Shown one piece after another: positions 16,734-23,813 of a stretch of 23,813 nucleotides of DNA. Location of the stretch: UHGV virus genome UHGV-0126638; one strand, written 5' to 3'. Source of the stretch: a virus. The stretch's first letter is position 1. Each line of letters starts with the position of its first letter. The notes beneath the pieces were generated by a model that did no database searches, was not told the origin of the DNA, and was given only the letters and a program-made list of their open reading frames with translations. Made by a program: the position numbers and the translations under genes.

Positions 16734-17384
16734 ATGAGCCTGAGTCCCGCACGGCAGCATCGCCTGCGCGTTCAGGCTGAACAGGCCGCTCGCGAGGGTG
16801 GCAGTGTTCGCCACGCGTCGGGCTATGACCTGATGCTGCTGCAACTGGCGGAAGACCGCCGCCGTCTCAAGGGCGTTCAGTCCACGGTCAAAAAAGCGGA
16901 AATCAAAGTGGAGCTGCTGCCGAAGTACGCCGCCTGGGCAGAGGGTGTCCTGGCTGCCGGAGGCGCTCAACAGGATGACGTGCTGATGTACGTGATGCTG
17001 TGGCGCATTGATGCCGGAGATTATGCCGGGGCGCTGGAGATCGGGCGTCATGCCCTGCGTCATGGCTGGGTGATGCCGCTGGGTAACCGCAACGTGCAGA
17101 CCGTGCTGGCAGAGGAAATGGCAGATGCAGCGCAGAGCGCAATGCTTGCCGCAACCGGCTTTGATGCCGATCTGTTGCTGCAGACGCTGGAGCTGACAGA
17201 CGGTCTGGATATGCCGGACCAGTCACGGGCGCGTCTGCATAAAGCGATTGGCGCTGTCCTGAGTGAAAGCAATCCGGCTTCCGCCCTTAATCATCTCAAC
17301 CATGCGTTACAGCTCGATCCCCGCTGTGGCGTGAAAAAAGACAAACAGCAGCTGGAGCGCAGACTGCGCAATGACAGCCGCTGA
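16734..17384 (+). CDS. M: Terminase small (endonuclease) subunit, P2 gpM family
   Basis: 216 aa immediately after N; conserved segments (LRHASGYDLML, GAQQDDVLMYVMLWRIDAGDYAGALEIGRHAL) resemble P2 gpM. Confidence 0.82.
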   Translation: MSLSPARQHRLRVQAEQAAREGGSVRHASGYDLMLLQLAEDRRRLKGVQSTVKKAEIKVELLPKYAAWAEGVLAAGGAQQDDVLMYVMLWRIDAGDYAGALEIGRHALRHGWVMPLGNRNVQTVLAEEMADAAQSAMLAATGFDADLLLQTLELTDGLDMPDQSRARLHKAIGAVLSESNPASALNHLNHALQLDPRCGVKKDKQQLERRLRNDSR

Positions 17385-17479
17385 CAGAACGTGCCCCCGC
17401 GCACGGGCGGCACGGGGTGGCGAAAGGCACAGCCACATCAAAACCCCGTCCACCGCCCTCTATCTCAGGAGAAAGCAGC

Positions 17480-17761
17480 ATGAAGTTTGTTGCGCCAGAA
17501 CAGGCACCGGAACAGGCGGAAATCATCAGAAATACGCCGTTCTGGCCTGATGTGGACCTGTCGGAGTTTCGCAGTGTCATGCGCACTGACGGCACGGTGA
17601 CGCAGCCGCGTTTAAAGCAGGTTGCGCTGTCGGCAATTTCGGAGGTTAACGCAGAGCTGTATGAGTTTCGCAGACGCCAGCAGATGCTGGGGTATGCGTC
17701 GCTGGCTGAGGTTCCGGCGGAACAGCTGGACGGGAAAAGTGAGCGCATTTCCGAAGCCTGA
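17480..17761 (+). pseudogene. L: Head completion protein gpL, C-terminally truncated
   Basis: Start at ATG 17480 with AGGAGAAAG upstream; NTPFWPDVDL...AELYEFR...LAEVPAEQLDG parallels the P2 gpL N-terminal half. The ORF ends at about 93 aa against about 169 aa for P2 gpL as I recall it. Confidence 0.6.
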
Positions 17762-17952
17762 CTGACAGTATTGATACCAGCACCCCAATGGGTCGTTTCT
17801 TTTTTCATGTCATGGGGGCCCTGGCTGAAATGGAACGCGAACTGATAGTTGAACGTACCATGGCAGGGCTGGCTGCAGCTCGTGCCAAAGGCAGAGTAGG
17901 TGGACGCCGTCCTAAGTTGACCACCGAACAGTGGGCACAGATTGGGCGTTTA
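17746..17952 (+). pseudogene. Internal fragment of a Hin/Gin/Pin-type serine DNA invertase gene (about 69 codons)
   Basis: The frame translating HFRSLTDSIDTSTPMGRFFFHVMGALAEMERELIVERTMAGLAAARAKGRVGGRRPKLTTEQWAQIGRL matches the central-to-C-terminal region of Hin-family invertases nearly residue for residue. The catalytic N-terminus and the C-terminal HTH are both absent. Confidence 0.7.
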
Positions 17953-19020
17953 TCCGGTTTACGTGCTGTTGCTGTGATGTTTATGAATCCTCTGGCGGTA
18001 CTGCGCGGTGGACTGGCCGCCGCAGGCACGGTGCTGCGAGTACTGGCATCTGGTCCACTGGCGATGCTGCGCGTTGCCCTGTATGCCATATCTGGTCTGT
18101 TAGGTGCTCTGCTCAGTCCGATAGGTCTTGTGGTTACTGCACTGGCGGGCGTGGCGCTGGTTGTTTGGAAATACTGGCAACCCATCACCGCATTTCTCGG
18201 TGGCGTGGTGGAAGGATTCAAAGCTGCGGCAGGTCCCATCAGTGCAGCGTTCGAACCGCTTAAGCCCGTGTTCCAGTGGATTGGCGACAAAGTGCAGGCG
18301 CTGTGGGGCTGGTTTACTGATCTGCTGACGCCCGTTAAGTCGACCTCTGCCGAACTGCAGAGCGCAGCGGCAATGGGGCGACGATTCGGGGAGGCACTGG
18401 CAGAAGGGCTGAATATGGTCATGCATCCGCTGGACTCCCTGAAATCCGGCGTTTCCTGGTTGCTGGAGAAACTCGGCATTGTCAGTAAAGAGGCTGCAAA
18501 GGCGAAACTGCCGGAAAGCGTGACGCGTCAGCAACCTGCGACGGTGAATGCAGACGGTAAAGTGATGATGCCATCGGGTGATTTTCCGTCATGGGGATAT
18601 GGCTTTGCGGGGATGTATGACAGCGGCGGCTATATCCCGCGCGGGCAGTTTGGCATCGTCGGTGAAAACGGGCCGGAAATTGTTAACGGCCCGGCAAACG
18701 TGACCAGCCGGAGAAATACAGCTGCACTGGCTGCCGTTGTCGCCGGAATGATGGGTGTTGCTGCCGCGCCAGCAGAGCTTCCACCGTTGCATCCTTTGGC
18801 GCTTCCCGCAAAAGGCGGTGAAGCGATGGTGAGTCGTGCAGCTACTGTGCCGCCCATTTACCGGATTGAAGCACCGACGCAGATCATCATCCAGACACAG
18901 CCAGGACAAAGTGCGCAGGATATTGCGCGGGAGGTGGCCCGCCAGCTTGATGAACGTGAACGCAGGCTGAAGGCAAAAGCCAGGAGTAACTACAGCGATC
19001 AGGGGGGATACGACGCATGA
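17953..19020 (+). pseudogene. T: C-terminal portion of the tail tape-measure gene (gpT-like), fused in frame to the invertase fragment
   Basis: Continues the same ORF (17788..19020) into Ala/Gly/Leu-rich sequence typical of tape-measure proteins and ends overlapping the gpU start. The N-terminal part of T and all upstream tail genes are absent. Confidence 0.6.
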
Positions 19021-19502
19021 TGATGGTGCTGGGATTGTACGTGTTTATGCTGCGCACCGTGCCGTATCAGGAGCTGCAGTATCAACGCAGCTGGCGACAT
19101 GCGGCAAACAGCCGGGTAAACCGACGTCCGTCCACGCAGTTTCTGGGACCGGACAACGACATGCTGACGCTTTCCGGTGTTCTTATGCCGGAGATAACAG
19201 GTGGCAGGCTGTCGTTGCTGGCACTGGAGCAGATGGCAGAACAGGGGAAAGCATGGCCCCTGATTGAAGGCAGTGGCACGATTTATGGCATGTATGTGAT
19301 TGAGGGACTGAATCAGACTAAAACGGAGTTTTTCCGCGACGGTATGCCGCGCCGGATTGAGTTCACCCTGTCGCTCAAACGGGTGGATGAATCCCTGTCC
19401 GATATATTCGGTGATCTCAGTGCGCAACTGAATAATCTGCAGGACACAGCAACGTCTGCCTTAAGCGATATCAGTAAAACGGTGGGAGGGCTGCTGTCAT
19501 GA
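19017..19502 (+). CDS. U: Tail protein, P2 gpU family
   Basis: 161 aa, between the tape-measure remnant and D; size and order as in P2. Confidence 0.8.
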   Translation: MMMVLGLYVFMLRTVPYQELQYQRSWRHAANSRVNRRPSTQFLGPDNDMLTLSGVLMPEITGGRLSLLALEQMAEQGKAWPLIEGSGTIYGMYVIEGLNQTKTEFFRDGMPRRIEFTLSLKRVDESLSDIFGDLSAQLNNLQDTATSALSDISKTVGGLLS

Positions 19503-20599
19503 ATTTCAGCTCTGAACTGCTTAACAAAGGCAACAAAACTCCCGCATTCAGCATCAGTATTGAGGGCAGGGATATCACCACTGTGCTGGATAACCGCCTG
19601 ATGAGTTTGACGCTGACGGACAATCGGGGCTTTGAAGCGGACCAGCTTGATCTGGAGCTGGACGACGCCGACGGAAAAATCGTGCTGCCGCGCCGTGGTG
19701 CGGTTATTACGCTGGCGCTGGGCTGGAAGGGGCAGCCGCTTTTCCCGAAAGGGGCATTCACGGTGGACGAGATTGAACACACTGGCGCACCGGACCGCCT
19801 GACTATCCGGGCGCGAAGTGCTGATTTTCGTGAAACGCTGAATACCCGCCGTGAAAAGTCGTGGCACAAGACCACCGTCGGGGAAGTGGTGAAGGAAATA
19901 GCTGTGCGGCACAAACTGAAGATGGCATTGGGTAAAGACCTGTCAGATAAACCCGTGGAACATATAGACCAGACCAATGAGAGTGACGGCAGTTTTCTGA
20001 TGCGGCTGGCGCGCCAGTACGGTGCTATTGCGTCGGTGAAAAATGGCAATCTGTTATTCATCCGGCAGGGACAGGGTAAAAGCGCCAGCGGTAAACCACT
20101 ACCGGTTATCACTATCACACGTAAGGACGGCGACAGTCACCGCTTTACCCTGGCAGATCGCGGAGCCTACACGGGCGTAATTGCCAGCTGGTTGCATACC
20201 CGCGAACCCGCGAAGAATGAAAGCACCACGGTGAAGCGTAAGCGCAGGACTAAGAAGCAGAAGAAAGAGCCGGAAGCGAAGCAGGGCGATTACCTGGTGG
20301 GTACAGATGAAAACGTGCTGGTACTTAATCGCACCTATGCCAACCGGAGCAACGCCGAACGGGCGGCGAAAATGCAGTGGGAACGCCTGCAACGCGGCGT
20401 TGCGTCATTCTCGCTACAACTGGCAGAAGGTCGGGCAGATCTCTACACGGAAATGCCAGTGAAAGTCAGTGGCTTTAAACAGCCGATAGATGATGCGGAA
20501 TGGACCATTACGACTCTGACGCATACCGTCAGCCCCGATAACGGTTTTACAACCAGTCTGGAGCTTGAAGTGAGGATTGATGATTTCGAAATGGAATGA
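19499..20599 (+). CDS. D: Tail protein, P2 gpD family
   Basis: 366 aa, immediately upstream of ogr; size and order as in P2. Confidence 0.8.
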   Translation: MNFSSELLNKGNKTPAFSISIEGRDITTVLDNRLMSLTLTDNRGFEADQLDLELDDADGKIVLPRRGAVITLALGWKGQPLFPKGAFTVDEIEHTGAPDRLTIRARSADFRETLNTRREKSWHKTTVGEVVKEIAVRHKLKMALGKDLSDKPVEHIDQTNESDGSFLMRLARQYGAIASVKNGNLLFIRQGQGKSASGKPLPVITITRKDGDSHRFTLADRGAYTGVIASWLHTREPAKNESTTVKRKRRTKKQKKEPEAKQGDYLVGTDENVLVLNRTYANRSNAERAAKMQWERLQRGVASFSLQLAEGRADLYTEMPVKVSGFKQPIDDAEWTITTLTHTVSPDNGFTTSLELEVRIDDFEME

Positions 20600-20689
20600 T
20601 TCTTCGCAATGGAGAACTTTTAAGTTTGCAAAATGGAATAATGCGGTATCATTATTGTGAATTTAGCAAAAATGGGGAGAACTCGAAAA

Positions 20690-20908
20690 ATGATGATTTG
20701 CCCACTGTGTGGAAGTGCCGCCCATACTCGCAGCAGTTTTCAGGTATCTTCATTGACCAAAGAACGTTACAACCAGTGCCAGAACATTAACTGCAGCCAT
20801 ACTTTTGTTACCCATGAAACTTTTGTTCGTTCGATTGCAACGCCAAAAGAGTCAAATCCGGTTCAGCCGCATCCAATGAAATCAGGACAGGTGGCGCTCT
20901 CTCTTTGA
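20690..20908 (+). CDS. ogr: Ogr/Delta-family zinc-finger late transcription activator
   Basis: Translation from ATG 20690 (MMICPLCGSAAHTRSSFQVSSLTKERYNQCQNINCSHTFVTHETF...) has the C-x2-C ... C-x4-C pattern and strongly resembles P2 Ogr (72 aa). GGGGAGA Shine-Dalgarno upstream. Confidence 0.88.
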   Translation: MMICPLCGSAAHTRSSFQVSSLTKERYNQCQNINCSHTFVTHETFVRSIATPKESNPVQPHPMKSGQVALSL

Positions 20909-20930
20909 CGCTGCCGCCATTTTGTCGCCA
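20909..20930. repeat. 22-bp direct repeat, right copy, immediately after the ogr stop
   Basis: CGCTGCCGCCATTTTGTCGCCA; 21 of 22 identical to 709-730. Confidence 0.45.
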
Positions 20931-20985
20931 TCGTTAAAAAACAGTGTTTCTAACATCATGATTTTAAACAGCTTAAATTTCAGGC

Positions 20986-21031
20986 AACAAAAAACCCATC
21001 AACCTTGAACCGAAATGGCGGGGTTGATGGG
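20986..21031 (-). terminator. ybjL rho-independent terminator (minus strand), overlapping the right copy of the 14-bp repeat
   Basis: Stem CCCATCAACC / GGTTGATGGG (20995-21031) followed on the minus strand by TTTTTTGTT (complement of 20986-20994). The right copy of AACAAAAAACCCAT is at 20986-20999. Confidence 0.5.
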
Positions 21032-21143
21032 CTCCACAAAATGGGGACATCAAAGAAAAGCAGTGGCACTAATTAAGACTGATGCCCTGCGGAAAAGTTC
21101 TGCGGTTGTGCAAAAAAATTTCATTTTCAGGGCAACTTCAGTT

Positions 21144-22829
21144 TTATCCTAATCCTGGCCATACCATGACGATGATTGTCCCTGCCAGCGTCAGCAGGAC
21201 GTTGGCGATTGCATAGGTGCCCGCATAGCCCAGCGCCGGGATGTTACTGCGAGCTGTATCACTGATGATCTCCATTGCCGGCGCGCAGGTACGTGCGCCC
21301 ATCATTGCGCCGAACAACAGCGCGCGGTTCATTCGCAATACATAAGCACCGAACAAGAAACAGATAACCACGGGCACCAGACTGACAATCAATCCGGCAA
21401 TCAACATCTGACCGCCAATCGCGCCCAGGCCGTTATTAATACCGCTACCGGCGCTCAGACCAACGCCTGCCATAAACACCATCAAGCCGAACTCTTTCAC
21501 CATGCTTAATGCACCCTGCGGAATGTAACCGAAGGTCGGGTGGTTAGCACGCATAAAGCCCAGCATAATTCCGGCGAATAACAACCCGGCAGCGTTCCCC
21601 ATGCCGAAACTGAATGTGCTGAACTGGAAGGTGATCATCCCGATCATCAGCCCAATAACAAAGAAGGCGCAGAATGCCAGCAGGTCAGTGACCTGGCTGT
21701 GAATCGAGATAAAGCCGATGCGATCGGCGATGGTTTTTACGCGACGGGCATCACCGCTGACTTGTAAAACGTCACCTTTGTTAAGCACGACGTTGTCATC
21801 TATCGGCATCTCAATCTGGCTACGAATGACGCGGTTAAGGAAGCAACCGTGATCGGTCAACTTCAGTTGTGCGAGACGTTTACCTACAGCGTTATGGTTT
21901 TTAACGACCACTTCTTCAGTGACGATACGCATGTCGAGAAGGTCACGATCGAAAACTTCTTTACCGTTACGGAAGCTGGGATCGAGTCGGGCATGGGCGT
22001 CGGGATAGCCTACCAACGCTATTTCATCGCCCATTTGTAGCACGGCATCACCGTCTGGATTTGCCAGAATCCCGTTACGTCGAATACGTTCAATGTAGCA
22101 GCCGGTTTGTCGATAAATACCCAGTTCACGCAGATTTTTGCCGTCGGTCCAGGCCACCAGCTCCGGGCCGACGCGATAGGCGCGGATCACCGGTAAATAA
22201 ACCTTACGGTTGGCATCAGTGTCCAGGCCACGTTCGCGGGCGATTTGCTGGGCGCTGGTCTGTAAGTCCTGATGCTGCAATTTCGGCAAGTAACGCGCAC
22301 CAACAATCAAACTCACCAGACCGATTAAATAGGTTAAGGCATACCCGAGGCTCAGATTATCCAGTGCCAGTGAGAGCTGCCTGCTTTCCATGCCGGAATG
22401 ACGCAGTGTATCGCCAGCACCGACCAGAACCGGTGTCGACGTCATAGAGCCTGCTAACATACCGGCCGTCAGGCCAATATCCCAGCCAAACAGCTTACCT
22501 AACCCTAAGGCGATCACCAGCGCACTGCCAACCATCACCAGTGCTAACATTAGGTAATTTTTCCCATCGCGAAAAAAAATGGAAAAAAAGTTCGGTCCGG
22601 CTTCAACCCCAACACAGAAAATAAACAGCATAAAGCCAAGATTAAGCGCATCGGTGTTAATGCTGAAATGTTGTTGGCCTAATAACAGCGATACGACTAA
22701 AACGCCAATGGAATTACCCAGTTGGATCGAACCAAGTCGTAACTTTCCGAGACATAGCCCAAGCGCGAGGACCACAAATAATAACAGAATGTAATTCCCA
22801 TTTAACAATTCGGCGACGTTTATATTCAC
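21144..22829 (-). CDS. ybjL: Putative transport protein YbjL (AAE family)
   Basis: 561-aa polytopic membrane protein with a central soluble region; sequence and length match E. coli YbjL as I recall it; synteny with ybjM and grxA. Start codon appears to be GTG. Confidence 0.88.
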
Positions 22830-23098
22830 GGAGGCTAACTTCTTGTTTACTAGTAAGCTGTTGAAAGAAATGGTAATTTACGATAATGTTTTTTACCAGA
22901 ATTCAGGGCGCAGATTCATTCAGCGCACCTAAACGATAGTAAAGTAACAATATATTTTACTAGTGTAATCACATTAGGTATCAACGGCTATATGAATTGC
23001 GTTGGCCTATATTAGCATGGAATGCGAAGCGGCTTTATCTTACTGAACGCCACACTGGCGAAAAATGTGTTCGATAGACGCAGTGTCAGGAGGAACGA

Positions 23099-23476
23099 GT
23101 GAAACATAAACAACGTTGGGCGGGGGCAATCTGCTGTTTTGTCCTCTTCATTGTGGTGTGCCTTTTTCTGGCGACGCACATGAAAGGCGCTTTTCGGGCT
23201 GCCGGGCATCCTGAAATCGGCTTGCTGTTTTTCATTCTTCCTGGAGCAGTTGCCAGTTTCTTTTCACAGCGTAGAGAAGTCCTAAAACCTCTGTTTGGCG
23301 CAATGCTGGCGGCACCCTGTTCAATGCTTATTATGCGGCTGTTTTTTTCACCGACCCGCTCATTCTGGCAAGAGCTGGCATGGTTACTAAGCGCGGTGTT
23401 CTGGTGTGCGCTGGGGGCACTGTGTTTCTTATTTATCAGTAGTTTGTTTAAACCACAGCACAGAAAAAATCAGTAA
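23099..23476 (+). CDS. ybjM: Inner membrane protein YbjM
   Basis: 125-aa hydrophobic protein, GTG start preceded by AGGAGG at 5 nt; position between ybjL and grxA as in E. coli. Confidence 0.8.
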   Translation: MKHKQRWAGAICCFVLFIVVCLFLATHMKGAFRAAGHPEIGLLFFILPGAVASFFSQRREVLKPLFGAMLAAPCSMLIMRLFFSPTRSFWQELAWLLSAVFWCALGALCFLFISSLFKPQHRKNQ

Positions 23477-23495
23477 AGCCCTCAACGCGAGGGCT
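23477..23495. terminator. Hairpin between convergent ybjM and grxA (AGCCCTC-AACGC-GAGGGCT); likely grxA terminator
   Basis: Perfect 7-bp GC-rich stem seen directly; on the minus strand it is followed by a T-rich run. Confidence 0.5.
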
Positions 23496-23505
23496 TGTCA
23501 GACGA

Positions 23506-23763
23506 TCAGGCGTCCAGATTTTCTTTCACCCATGCAGCAAAATCGGTATAGCCGCCGATATGTTGCTGATCGACAAAAATCTGCGGCACGGTTTCTACGG
23601 GTTTACCTGCCTTTTGTTGTAGATCTTCTTTAGTGATCCCTTCCGCACGAATATCTACATACTGATACTGAAAATCATCGCGTTCATTGCTCAATTTCTC
23701 AGCCAGATCTTTTGCACGCACACAGTAAGGGCAACCCGGACGACCAAAAATAACGGTTTGCAT
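23506..23763 (-). CDS. grxA: Glutaredoxin 1
   Basis: Translation from ATG 23763 (MQTVIFGRPGCPYCVRAKDLAEKLSNERDDFQYQYVDIRAEGITKEDLQQKAGKPVETVPQIF...) contains the CPYC active site and matches E. coli Grx1 (85 aa); AGGAGAGAA Shine-Dalgarno. Confidence 0.92.
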   Translation of the reverse strand: MQTVIFGRPGCPYCVRAKDLAEKLSNERDDFQYQYVDIRAEGITKEDLQQKAGKPVETVPQIFVDQQHIGGYTDFAAWVKENLDA

Positions 23764-23813
23764 TATTTCTCTCCTCATAGATTTATGCCTGTAATGATCA
23801 CGCTAAAATGTAT

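Larger units (their letters stand above)
603..20999. mobile_element. Defective P2/186-like prophage inserted between rcdA and ybjL (boundaries approximate; alternative 709..20930)
   Basis: int at the left end, ogr at the right end, and Q-P-O-N-M and U-D in P2 order between them, flanked by short direct repeats. Host genes rcdA and ybjL lie immediately outside. Lysis and most tail genes are absent. Confidence 0.85.

Noticed and set aside
17385-17479. GC-rich imperfect palindromes between M and L as a terminator or REP element
   Set aside because: The stems are imperfect, there is no T-run, and the region lies inside a late operon; insufficient support.
17805-18479. Minus-strand ORF (224 aa) opposite the tape-measure remnant, and similar ORFs at 18100..18534 and 18589..18909
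   Set aside because: Antisense frames in GC-rich sequence; Ser/Ala/Arg/Pro-rich translations without recognisable domains.
17788-19020. 410-aa ORF as an intact gene
   Set aside because: It is chimeric: the first ~55 codons are an internal piece of a serine invertase and the rest is tape-measure C-terminus. Treated as a fusion remnant.
19313-20118. Minus-strand ORFs (199 and 215 aa) opposite gpU and gpD
   Set aside because: Overlap well-supported tail genes on the other strand; spurious.

Overview
This window is an E. coli-type chromosomal segment (rcdA at the left; ybjL, ybjM and grxA at the right) interrupted by a ~20.4 kb defective P2/186-like prophage at roughly 603-20999. All product calls rest on reading the six-frame translations against remembered protein families; no database search was run. 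The prophage keeps a P2-type integrase, a 186-style immunity region (CI-like repressor, Apl/Cox-like, CII-like), an early/replication operon (TraR-like zinc finger, Dam-type methyltransferase, gpA-like initiator), a head/packaging module (Q, P, O, N, M) and the right-end genes U, D and ogr. It has lost lysis genes, sheath, tube, baseplate and tail fibres; what remains at that position is a scar in which truncated gpL is joined to a short serine-invertase fragment fused in frame to the C-terminal part of the tape-measure gene. The most interesting part is the AT-rich cargo around a cos-like site. It holds a LexA-box-controlled Tum/DinI-like locus, a lipoprotein gene, and a 584-aa protein with DUF262 (DGQQR) and DUF1524 (EHIQPQ) motifs typical of GmrSD/BrxU/SspE-type modification-dependent nucleases. 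That protein is the best candidate for an anti-phage system here, but the fold family is known, so novelty would lie in its specificity or context. A second small moron, a secreted Cys-rich peptide, sits between int and cI. Element ends are marked by two candidate repeat pairs (14 bp perfect, 22 bp with one mismatch), and I cannot decide from sequence alone which is the recombination core. No rRNA, tRNA or CRISPR array was recognised.
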